Shown in pieces: positions 8,508 through 16,512 of a stretch of DNA of 34,807 nt. Source of the stretch: a virus (lineage: Duplodnaviria > Caudoviricetes); the IMG/VR virus record IMGVR_UViG_3300033067_000317, positions 1 through 34,807 of that record. One strand, 5' to 3'. The notes under the pieces were generated by a model, which ran no database searches, was not told where the DNA came from, and saw only the letters and a list, made by a program, of their open reading frames with translations. The position numbers were made by a program, and so were the translations under genes. Position 1 is the first letter of the stretch. Every line of letters begins with the position of its first letter.

Positions 8508-8766
8508 TTTTGGTTCCGATCTTTTGCGCTGCTGTGCTGACCACTCGGCGGCCTGCGATGCCCCCTAGTGTACCCACACCCATGAAGGCGATTGCCTTAA
8601 GGATCTCCAAAAACACAGCATCGATAGGGGCCAGTTCATTAGCTTGAGGCTCAAAGGCCACGGCGTACAGAATGCCCATTGAGATGGTGAAAACCATGAC
8701 GGTGATCGCTCGGACTACAAAAGCCCAAGTTCTGACCTCAATTTCTTCTGGGGTGATTTTTGTCAT
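8494..8766 (-). CDS. two-TM membrane protein (holin-like)
   Basis: Start at ATG 8766 (ATGA overlap); two hydrophobic segments and a charged C-terminus. Confidence 0.6.
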   Translation of the reverse strand: MTKITPEEIEVRTWAFVVRAITVMVFTISMGILYAVAFEPQANELAPIDAVFLEILKAIAFMGVGTLGGIAGRRVVSTAAQKIGTKNDET

Positions 8767-9215
8767 CTGTGTGTTCTGATGAAGTCCGCTATCCAAAGCC
8801 CGAAAGCGATCAGGACGCTTAAGATCGTGCCTATCAGTGTCCAGCCAGCAACTTCCCATGCTCTAGCCCTGCGCTCCTCGGCGCGGCGGATCTCTGCCTG
8901 TTCAGCCGCAATGCGTTTGTGCTTTGCGTCGCGCTGAAAGTTGAGCCAGTCTTGCCACATACCCGCACGACCCTGCCACTGCATCATCTCGCGCAGCTCG
9001 GTCTCTTGCTTCTTGAGCTGTTCCAGCGCGAAGAATTCCTCGATGTCGTTGGTCTTGGCGCTCTTGGCTTTGGCCTCGTACTTCTTCTGAATGGCGGACT
9101 TGTGGTCAAAGTACTCAAAGACTTTTGACCCTGCCGCCATGATGTCGCCAGAGTGCTGTACAGCCTCTTTTATGACCGCGAATGCTGCGTTTGCCGCCGC
9201 GAGTTCAACCAGCAT
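8763..9215 (-). CDS. coiled-coil protein with C-terminal TM anchor
   Basis: Start at MLVELAAANAAFAVIK; EEFFALEQLK...W..W..FQ; C-terminal hydrophobic helix. Confidence 0.7.
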   Translation of the reverse strand: MLVELAAANAAFAVIKEAVQHSGDIMAAGSKVFEYFDHKSAIQKKYEAKAKSAKTNDIEEFFALEQLKKQETELREMMQWQGRAGMWQDWLNFQRDAKHKRIAAEQAEIRRAEERRARAWEVAGWTLIGTILSVLIAFGLWIADFIRTHR

Positions 9216-9303
9216 AGCGCCACCAGAAAAAGATGTAGACGCACCAAATGACAAACAGCATGAGAGCTACCGCTGCGAGGAAGCTCTCAATCCAGTCTCT
9301 CAC
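9205..9303 (-). CDS. 32-aa single-TM peptide
   Basis: GTG start overlapping the upstream TGA; MRDWIESFLAAVALMLFVIWCVYIFFWWRYAG. Confidence 0.5.
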   Translation of the reverse strand: MRDWIESFLAAVALMLFVIWCVYIFFWWRYAG

Positions 9304-9479
9304 TTGAGAATCCACACGGCGGAAAAAATAGTCCCGGCCATTGATAAAAGCATGACGCCAGCCGTGCGCATCATGATGCCTTCGATGCGCTTAAGCCTGG
9401 CGTTGATCTGCTCGTAACGGATCGCACAGATTTCCTCATGCGTTGACAGGCGTGCCTCTGTCTTGTCAATGGTCGTCAT
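9300..9479 (-). CDS. 59-aa coiled-coil + TM protein (XhlA-like)
   Basis: MTTIDKTEARLSTHEEICAIRYEQINARLKRIEG followed by a hydrophobic helix; GAGG upstream. Confidence 0.7.
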   Translation of the reverse strand: MTTIDKTEARLSTHEEICAIRYEQINARLKRIEGIMMRTAGVMLLSMAGTIFSAVWILK

Positions 9480-9501
9480 ACTTCAACCTCAAAGAAAAGA
9501 A

Positions 9502-9810
9502 TCAACCCCAGATACGGCGCGGTGCGGTTGGGTAGACTGCGTACTGCTCCAGTGGAGCTGGGTCTTCATCACCCACCACACGGACGTTGACGTGCCAGCC
9601 GGGAAGGGCTTCGGAGGCTTGGCCTGTTTCTTCGTTAAACTCACCCACGGGCTGGTAGATGACGCCAAGCGTGTCGATGTTCTGATAGTTGGGCGTGGTG
9701 TACGCCTCCGTGACGGTGACGCCATCAGCCTCCACAGCCTCGGGGTGCAAGGTGTAGAGGACTGATGCAGCTTCGGCTTCATCTGTAAATTTCAGGTACA
9801 GGTCAATCAT
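9502..9810 (-). CDS. fibre/spike assembly chaperone-like protein
   Basis: Start at ATG 9810 (ATGA overlap); MIDLYLKF...GWHVNVR...P..P.R.W motif typical of genes downstream of fibres. Confidence 0.65.
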   Translation of the reverse strand: MIDLYLKFTDEAEAASVLYTLHPEAVEADGVTVTEAYTTPNYQNIDTLGVIYQPVGEFNEETGQASEALPGWHVNVRVVGDEDPAPLEQYAVYPTAPRRIWG

Positions 9811-11585
9811 GATGTCAATCCTTGCAGTTGGGCGTTGGTCACGCGCAGCGGGTAGTAAGCAATCTTCTTGATGGAGCAATTAAGCGATCCACTAAGCGAA
9901 ATACCAAATTGCAATTGGTTAAGAAGCGGCAAAGTTACGCTTGTGTCCGTGGCAATTGCTGTGTTGGTTGAAAATGCGCAATCATTGGTTTTATACCCAA
10001 GAGCCGATTTGAACGCTGTGCTTGTGCTCACTGTTCCTGAAAACATCGACCCTTGCGATGTGCCTTGAGTTAAAACAATTCCACCAAGATTAGAGGTTGA
10101 TTTAAAAATACCTATAAAGTTGGAAACGGTTCCGTCTGTGGCTAACAAGTTGTACCTTGTGCCGGTAGTTATTTCGACAGGTGTTGCCTCTTGGTAAAGC
10201 GTCCCTTCAGCTTGGTTATACCAACTGCTGAAGTTCGTTCCTGTCATGCTTGCAGCGTCAGCCGCACGGGTGACTTGGCTTGCCACTGTGGGGATGTAGC
10301 TGGTGGCAAATGCCCCGGCTTCCAGTTGAGCGCCCCAGATGTAGATGCCGCTGAAGCCGTTGCCGGTGTAGGATCGGTTTGCCCAAACGCCGTCAGTGCC
10401 GATGCGGACATCAAACCCCAAAAACACAGTTGATGCTGTGGTTGCGGTTACGCTTACTCTGTACCAACCATTTCCTACTGATGCAGCAGATACAGTTGGA
10501 GTGCCGGTGGCAACACTAACGGCCCCTGTGGAGAGGTTGATGCTGGCAAAACTTACTATCCCCCCGCCATTAAGCCCAACAAAGGCAAACTGACGTTCCG
10601 CTGCTTTTATATACACAGTGCCCGTGTATGCCGTAGACGCTGTGGGGGTAATTCCCGAAACAATACTGTGCGTACTTGCCGCGGTATTCTCCAGCAACTT
10701 ATCGCCAGTCAAAGTTCCATCGGGAGCGACAATCGTGTTTGCTGCTACCGTTGCATCGGTTTTAGTCCAAGCAGCATTGGCAAACTGGTCAGAGTAAGTC
10801 AGCAGGTTCGTCCGCTGCTCCTCAATCTCCAGCCCCAAGCTCTCAAACGTAGTGGGGTTGTGGTCACGCCGTGCCACGCCTGATGCGGCTGTCAGAAGCT
10901 GCGGGATGTAGTTGGTGATGGGCTGTGTGGTTGTGACGGTGTAGGCCGTGACTGCGCTGCGTTGCTCTGCTTGAGCGCCCCAGATGTAGACGCCTCCTGT
11001 ATCAGTTACGGTGCTTGACCCATCCGTGTCACCCAAATACACATATGCCTGCCCCGATCTTGCGGTCGCAGTAAGAGTGATTGAGCAGCGGTAAAAACCG
11101 TTTGCCACAGCCGTAATTGTTGCGGTATGACCTGCGCCAGTTGTACCTACGGCTCCGGTAGAAACATTAAACCAAGTTTGAACTATTGAACCAGACTGCA
11201 AAGTTTCAGCTAACGTTATAAAGTTTTTCCCGTTGGGTTTGGCAAAAACAGAAAAGCTATATGACGCAGCAATAGACGTTACTGCTTGCCCAACTCGACC
11301 AGCAGACGTTTCACCAGTGGCTTGCGTCAAGGCATCAGCAGTTGTTGTTCCGTCCGGCGCTTGCGTTGCGTCAGCGGATACTGTGCTTCGTAGCTTCGCC
11401 CAATTGGAATTGTCAAACGTCTGGCTCTGAATCAGCAAATTCTCCTCAGCCTTTGCAGTCTGCGTACCGTAGTAGGTGGCTGTGCTGGCGCGGGTGAAGG
11501 TGATGCGAGGGTCGAGTTCTTCGGTGTTGGCAAAGTCAAGCAGCAGCGTTGGCTTGAGGGCGGGGAAGTTAGATGCGATGCTCAT
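9807..11585 (-). CDS. head-spike / tail fibre protein with two tandem carbohydrate-binding-like domains and a C-terminal ConA/LamG-like domain
   Basis: 592 aa; TFTRASTATY; duplicated NLL..S..F....W / NG.YR / YIWGAQ.E domain; GL.IEEQRTNLL and ATSYIPT...VTRAAD motifs. Confidence 0.8.
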   Translation of the reverse strand: MSIASNFPALKPTLLLDFANTEELDPRITFTRASTATYYGTQTAKAEENLLIQSQTFDNSNWAKLRSTVSADATQAPDGTTTADALTQATGETSAGRVGQAVTSIAASYSFSVFAKPNGKNFITLAETLQSGSIVQTWFNVSTGAVGTTGAGHTATITAVANGFYRCSITLTATARSGQAYVYLGDTDGSSTVTDTGGVYIWGAQAEQRSAVTAYTVTTTQPITNYIPQLLTAASGVARRDHNPTTFESLGLEIEEQRTNLLTYSDQFANAAWTKTDATVAANTIVAPDGTLTGDKLLENTAASTHSIVSGITPTASTAYTGTVYIKAAERQFAFVGLNGGGIVSFASINLSTGAVSVATGTPTVSAASVGNGWYRVSVTATTASTVFLGFDVRIGTDGVWANRSYTGNGFSGIYIWGAQLEAGAFATSYIPTVASQVTRAADAASMTGTNFSSWYNQAEGTLYQEATPVEITTGTRYNLLATDGTVSNFIGIFKSTSNLGGIVLTQGTSQGSMFSGTVSTSTAFKSALGYKTNDCAFSTNTAIATDTSVTLPLLNQLQFGISLSGSLNCSIKKIAYYPLRVTNAQLQGLTS

Positions 11586-11594
11586 GGTGTGTCC

Positions 11595-11975
11595 TTATGC
11601 GAGTGTCAGTGCGACCGAACGAACAGTGCCGTCAGAGCCTTTGACTTTGATTTCCAAGCTGGTATTCGAGGTCAACTGGAACACCATATCACCGATGCCG
11701 TTGGGTACGACCGATGCTTGCGGCTGGATGACCACAGCTTCTGCGTTCATGTAGGCCATCTCGCCCAGGTACTGATTGAGCGGGATCTCGTTAGGCGCTG
11801 TGCCAACGTCGCTTTGCTCGACTGAGCCTCGGGAGTCGCTGACAAACGTAGCCAGAGAGGCCGCCGTGATCTTCTTGGTGACCACCGCGCTGGTGTCAAC
11901 AATCGGCAGTACGTCGGTCGCCACGACGTCAGCTGACGCTAACTCAGGCAGTTGCGAAATCTTTAAGTCAGCCAT
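11595..11975 (-). CDS. fibre/spike-associated structural protein
   Basis: MADLKISQLP...D.LPIVD...TKKIT N-terminal motif common in phage fibre proteins. Confidence 0.65.
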   Translation of the reverse strand: MADLKISQLPELASADVVATDVLPIVDTSAVVTKKITAASLATFVSDSRGSVEQSDVGTAPNEIPLNQYLGEMAYMNAEAVVIQPQASVVPNGIGDMVFQLTSNTSLEIKVKGSDGTVRSVALTLA

Positions 11976-11977
11976 TT

Positions 11978-12358
11978 TCAATTCTCCAGCAAAATAAAGA
12001 ACCCGTTTTCTTGCAACAGGTTAAATCCAGCCTCAGTCTCCAAGTTGTTTCGCAACTCGTCGCGGTTGGTAGGGATATAGCCGCCCGCGTCAGTGCTCCA
12101 AGGCTTATTGTATGCCGCGTCCTCGTACACCGGGATGTAGTTCAGCCACTCTTGCAGGCCGGCGGCTGAGGTTAGCTTTTTGACTACGATGAAGCCGTTG
12201 TTGGCGTACGTGTTGGCCAAGGCGTTGTCCTCAGTCAGCACGCCCTTGATCGGGATGTAGTCAATCCATGCGGTCTTGCCCGAGATAGACGGCAGCACAT
12301 AGACCACCATCTTGGTCTGGAGCGCCTCAAGGACGCTGGGGAACGTACGAGGAATCAT
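11978..12358 (-). CDS. virion-associated protein (spike base candidate)
   Basis: 126 aa with internal W..YIP repeats and a C-terminal LETEAGFNLLQENG..ILLE motif; ATGA overlap with the portal gene. Confidence 0.55.
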   Translation of the reverse strand: MIPRTFPSVLEALQTKMVVYVLPSISGKTAWIDYIPIKGVLTEDNALANTYANNGFIVVKKLTSAAGLQEWLNYIPVYEDAAYNKPWSTDAGGYIPTNRDELRNNLETEAGFNLLQENGFFILLEN

Positions 12359-14328
12359 TGCTGCTCCTTGCTCATTTGCAGCTCGACAATCTTGCCCTTG
12401 TTGTCGATGTCGGCCTCTTTGAGCATCAACTCAGCAATCTTAACCCGCTTGTCGAACTCGGCCGACTCGCCGCCAGTTGGCAGGTTCTTGGTCGAGGCCG
12501 CGATCACCTTGGCCTGGACCTCTTGCGGCATGAGCTGCGCCTCGGTCATCAGCTTGGTCGCCTCTGCCCGGTTCTGCTCGGCCTGCGTGGTGTTGACCGC
12601 GATCTGCGCCTGCGCCGCCTGCATCGCCAGCTGCTGCTGCATCAGCTGCATCTGCTGGGCCTGTGGGTCTGGCTGGCTCATTTGGTCAAGCGCGGCCATC
12701 AGCTCGTAGCGGTTGGTCAGCGAGCTGTTGTTCAAGATGCCCTTCAAGATCAGCGGCAGCACCGGGGTGTTAGGCCCAAGTGTCTGCAAGAGGCCAATGA
12801 ACTGCTGCTGCTCGTACTCACGGGCGATGATGCCCAGCGTAGCTGTCGGGACAAACTTCATGTCCACGCTCGGGTAGCGGTTAGGGTCGAACTGCATGTA
12901 CCTGAACGCCGCCTTTTGGATGAACGGGATCAGGAAGTCCTCTTGGAAGTTGACCAGCGTGCGCTTGTACTTCTTGATGACCGTAGCGACCGCCATGCTC
13001 ATGCCCGCGCCGTCGCGGTTGCCTTGGGTCACCATGCCTTGGCTGTCGAGCGTGCCGGTGGCTTGCAGCAGCATACGCTCGAACTCTTTGGCGGTGTTCA
13101 GGTTGTTCAGGCTCGTCTCACCGAACTTGAACGGGTACAGGATCTCGGCCGGGTTGCCGTTGACCATGAACGCCTTGCCCGGCTTAACCTCGAAGCGAGC
13201 GCCGCGTGGCAGTCGGGTCGCGTCCATACCCATCATGGGGGATGTCGTCAGTGCCAGGCTGTCCAAGTGGCTGCGCACCTGAGCGTCGATCGCCTTTTGC
13301 ATGTTGTAGGACTTCTCCACCGTGCCCCGGCCCAGCAGGCGGTTTGGCACTGTGTCGTCTTGGTAGCTGATGACCGGGCGGTCCTTCATCATGTAAGGGT
13401 TCGCCTCGGCTTTGAGCAGCAAACCGTCGTTCGCAATGACGACAATCGCCTCCACCAAGTCAGAATACTCGTCCGCTGTGCTGTCGTCAGGGAACAGGTC
13501 GGCCACTTCGCCGTCTTCGTTCTCCAACTGCTCCAGATACTCACGCGGCACAAGGCCGTAGTACGTCAGCATTCGGACTTTTTCGTCCTGATACTGGCTC
13601 AGTTCTTGGGTTGGCTCCAGATCCGTGTCCTCGGCAGCCGGTTGGATGTTCACCTTGCGGTAAATGCCCTTCTCGATGCCCTCGACGATCTTGTGGATGC
13701 CCACATACTTCTCAATCGCCACGCCCATGCAGTCGTCGATTGACGTGCCGTTGGGGTCAAACAGGAAGTTTTTCGGGTTGACGGGCATGATTTTGACGGC
13801 GATGCGGCTTTTTTCCACCACACCGATGGCCGCTTGGCCCATTTGCCCTGGAATCGCCTGCGTGGCGGGCTCAAACACCTTTTCCGTCTTGACGATGATC
13901 TCGCCGATGCCCGTTCCGTAGATTTCGGCCATCAATTCGATCTGGTCGATGGCTTTTCGGATCTTGTCCTGCTTGAAGTCTTCCATGAGCTGCGCTTTGA
14001 GCACGCCCACGTCAATCGGGTTCTTGTTGATGTCCTGCAAGTCGTCTTGGATGTCGAAAAACTCACCTTGCCCGAAGATGGCTTCCATGATTTCCGCATG
14101 ACGCGTCTCCACGGCCTGCTGGGTGGCCGGTGTGACGATGCGTGAGCGCTCAGAATCGCGTGTTTTGTCTTCCGCAGCCCATTCCCCACGGAAAATGCGC
14201 TCGTATTCGAGGTAATCTTCGAGGTAGTTGGTGTCGCGCCAGTCTCTCCATCGCTGGCAATGGTCAACAACGAAAGCCGTCAGCTCCTTGTCGGATTGTG
14301 TCGGCTCGTCATACTCGTTTTGATCCAT
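12355..14328 (-). CDS. portal protein
   Basis: 657 aa directly after terL; YGTGI motif; Q-rich coiled-coil C-terminus like P22-type portal barrels; GAGG RBS. Confidence 0.9.
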   Translation of the reverse strand: MDQNEYDEPTQSDKELTAFVVDHCQRWRDWRDTNYLEDYLEYERIFRGEWAAEDKTRDSERSRIVTPATQQAVETRHAEIMEAIFGQGEFFDIQDDLQDINKNPIDVGVLKAQLMEDFKQDKIRKAIDQIELMAEIYGTGIGEIIVKTEKVFEPATQAIPGQMGQAAIGVVEKSRIAVKIMPVNPKNFLFDPNGTSIDDCMGVAIEKYVGIHKIVEGIEKGIYRKVNIQPAAEDTDLEPTQELSQYQDEKVRMLTYYGLVPREYLEQLENEDGEVADLFPDDSTADEYSDLVEAIVVIANDGLLLKAEANPYMMKDRPVISYQDDTVPNRLLGRGTVEKSYNMQKAIDAQVRSHLDSLALTTSPMMGMDATRLPRGARFEVKPGKAFMVNGNPAEILYPFKFGETSLNNLNTAKEFERMLLQATGTLDSQGMVTQGNRDGAGMSMAVATVIKKYKRTLVNFQEDFLIPFIQKAAFRYMQFDPNRYPSVDMKFVPTATLGIIAREYEQQQFIGLLQTLGPNTPVLPLILKGILNNSSLTNRYELMAALDQMSQPDPQAQQMQLMQQQLAMQAAQAQIAVNTTQAEQNRAEATKLMTEAQLMPQEVQAKVIAASTKNLPTGGESAEFDKRVKIAELMLKEADIDNKGKIVELQMSKEQQ

Positions 14329-14350
14329 ATCAGACCTCTATTTCGGGGGG

Positions 14351-15610
14351 CTATACCCCCGCGATTATATCGACCGGGGTCCAATCGTTGTCATCAGCGT
14401 CCTCAAAGTAGCTGGTGACAGCCAGTTGGTCGATGTAGGACAGTGAGTCCGGCAGGTCATCATGAACGCCGGGCGATGGAAACATCAAGAGCTGGTCCAC
14501 AAACACGTCCCAGTCTTCCTCGCTGTTGAGCACGATTCTGCCATGCTCGAACCGGCCCTGCAACGACCAGATGATTCTATCAGTCTTCTTCCTGTTGCCG
14601 TGCGTCAGGTCCACGATGTGGCTGTACACGTTGTTCTTTCGCATCAAATCCGACAAATACGGCAAAACCGCATTTTTCAGTGCCCCTCGCTCGATGCCGA
14701 TGGACAGCGGTCGGTAGTCGCGCATCGCCATCAGTATTTTTGAGGCCGTTTCTCTTATATCCCAGCGCCCGTGCTGGATCTCTTTGACGAACCACTTGCC
14801 GTCGTCCGTCACCTTGACGATAGCGATAGACGACTCGTCCAGCCTCTTTTTGCTGTTCGCCGCCTGCTTGGCCACTTCCTCGAACCCGGCCAAGTCCACG
14901 GCCACGAAATAGCTGCCGTAGTCCGGCTCCTCGCCGTATTTCAGCCACTCCTCCTTGAACACGTCCGCGCCAGCGTTTGAAAACGACGCAAGATACTCCT
15001 GCTTGAACGCGAAGCTGGATAGGGTCTTTTTGGCGCTCTCGATCTCGGTCGGGTCGATCAGCGGGTTGTCCGCCGTGGTGAAGTGCCAGCTTTTCCAGTC
15101 CTTGTCCTGCTCGTCCTGCCCCAACCTCCACAGGTCGTGGAACCAGTTGCGGCCCTTGGGCGTGCCGATGAACATCGCCCGCCCCTTCCGGTCCGACAGA
15201 GACGCTCGGATCACCTGCTCCCACGCCTCGGGCTTGATGTCGGCCACCTCGTCCAGCACGGCGTACGTGAGAGAAACGCCTCGCAGCGTGTCCGGCCGGT
15301 CTGCGCCCCTGACGTAGATCCGTGCGCCGTTGATCAGCGTGATGTCCAAGTTGTTGACGTGGCTTGACTGGATGACCTCTTTGCCCAGGTCCAGCAGCAA
15401 GTCCCAGATGATCTGCCGCGACTGCCCCATCGTCGGGCTGACGTACAGCACAGCCGAGCCTTGCGGACAGCGCAGGCCCTCAATGATCAGAGTCGTCGCC
15501 GCTAGTCTGCTCTTGCCGCAGCGCCGCCCGGCCGCAATGACTTTGAACCGCGTCTGGTCGGTGTAGACGGTCTGCTGCCAAGGCAGCAGTTGGAAGTTCA
15601 GATCAGACAT
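14351..15610 (-). CDS. terL: terminase large subunit
   Basis: Walker A AGRRCGKS, Walker B AVLDE, GTPKG coupling motif, nuclease VDLA and HDDLPD; start moved to MSDLNFQLLPWQ. Confidence 0.95.
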   Translation of the reverse strand: MSDLNFQLLPWQQTVYTDQTRFKVIAAGRRCGKSRLAATTLIIEGLRCPQGSAVLYVSPTMGQSRQIIWDLLLDLGKEVIQSSHVNNLDITLINGARIYVRGADRPDTLRGVSLTYAVLDEVADIKPEAWEQVIRASLSDRKGRAMFIGTPKGRNWFHDLWRLGQDEQDKDWKSWHFTTADNPLIDPTEIESAKKTLSSFAFKQEYLASFSNAGADVFKEEWLKYGEEPDYGSYFVAVDLAGFEEVAKQAANSKKRLDESSIAIVKVTDDGKWFVKEIQHGRWDIRETASKILMAMRDYRPLSIGIERGALKNAVLPYLSDLMRKNNVYSHIVDLTHGNRKKTDRIIWSLQGRFEHGRIVLNSEEDWDVFVDQLLMFPSPGVHDDLPDSLSYIDQLAVTSYFEDADDNDWTPVDIIAGV

Positions 15611-15962
15611 CGATGACGCCCTCGTCCTGCCCAATGATCTGTGGCTCTTGGCCCAGACCTGTGATGTTGATCGTCACTGCGCTGCGCTGGCTCTTGTCCT
15701 TCTCGAACAGGCTCACGGGCAGTGTGCGGTCCATGCACATCTTCAGCGCCGCCATCTGTCCAGGGTGGTCATCGTTCAGCGCAATCTGGATCACCTTCTC
15801 TGCGACGTCCTTGCCGCCAGACCTGATCATCAGCTCTTTCAGCTCCTTGATGCGTTGGTGGTCCGTTTTTGGAAGGATCGCGGGCGGATTGGTGGCGTAC
15901 CGCTGGATCGTCATCTTGACCGACCCTGGTGGTCGGCCGCGTTTCTTTTTCACTTCAGTCAC
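15603..15962 (-). CDS. putative terminase small subunit
   Basis: Directly upstream of and overlapping terL; N-terminal KKKRGRPPGS; helical core; C-terminal VTINITG strand. Confidence 0.7.
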   Translation of the reverse strand: MTEVKKKRGRPPGSVKMTIQRYATNPPAILPKTDHQRIKELKELMIRSGGKDVAEKVIQIALNDDHPGQMAALKMCMDRTLPVSLFEKDKSQRSAVTINITGLGQEPQIIGQDEGVIDV

Positions 15963-16206
15963 TTTTGTCCTTTCGGGAAGTAGACGCGATTATGGGTCAT
16001 GTAGGTCAAGTTGTCACGAGACGTCAATCGCGGGCTCTTTTTTGCTGGCTGGTGGCCTGTTTGCTGGAAAGTCCAATTCCGCTTTTTCGGAGGGTTGGTG
16101 GCACCTGTAACTTTTTGTAAGCAGCAGCACCCCTCCCCCCCATAGCAAAAGACTACCAAGCCAGCGAGCCAATAGCGTCAGGCTATCGAGATCAGCGCCA
16201 TGTGGC

Positions 16207-16234
16207 ACTTAACATAATGCAAATCGTATGAAGC
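16207..16234 (-). other. Xer recombination site-like (dif/cer-like) 28-mer
   Basis: Minus strand GCTTCATACGA-TTTGCA-TTATGTTAAGT; right arm matches the E. coli dif XerD arm TTATGTTAAAT at 10/11; left arm matches the cer XerC arm GGTGCGTACAA at 7/11; intergenic. Confidence 0.6.
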
Positions 16235-16281
16235 GAGTGGGGCGGATGGTGCTTTTTGCCTATACCTGACACCATCAGCAG

Positions 16282-16497
16282 CTATGCCGAATCGCTATAA
16301 CTGATATCAGAAAACAGCCACTGTTCGATGTCGTCATCAGGGCGAAAACCCGCATTGTGCAGCACTGTATAAATTGACAGAAGATTTTTGAACCCGCGCG
16401 TCAAGTCGCCCTGACCGGCGGTCAACAAGATAGCGCGGTCTTGGTCTGACAATTTGCGCTGGAATTCAACGGTATCTAATTTGCATGGGCGTGGCAT
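16282..16497 (-). CDS. small putative DNA-binding protein (ribbon-helix-helix-like), apparently leaderless
   Basis: 71 aa, MPRP...RKLS....AILL.AG.G.LTRGF; TAGAAT lies 6 nt upstream of the ATG; no SD. Confidence 0.5.
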   Translation of the reverse strand: MPRPCKLDTVEFQRKLSDQDRAILLTAGQGDLTRGFKNLLSIYTVLHNAGFRPDDDIEQWLFSDISYSDSA

Positions 16498-16512
16498 GCC
16501 CGGATTCTATTC

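Noticed and set aside
9807-11585. Diversity-generating retroelement target
   Set aside because: No reverse transcriptase in the genome and no ~100-bp TR/VR pair with adenine-specific differences; only a 20-bp exact repeat.
12358-13743. Long plus-strand ORFs antisense to real genes (461 aa here; also 6455..7375, 23523..25010, 22104..22874, 2605..3321)
   Set aside because: Shadow frames caused by GC3-biased codons of portal, capsid, nuclease, polymerase and nozzle; no RBS or motifs.
15929-16208. Short minus-strand ORFs of 63-66 aa upstream of terS
   Set aside because: Three overlapping frames with no RBS or codon bias; the region is better explained as non-coding control DNA.
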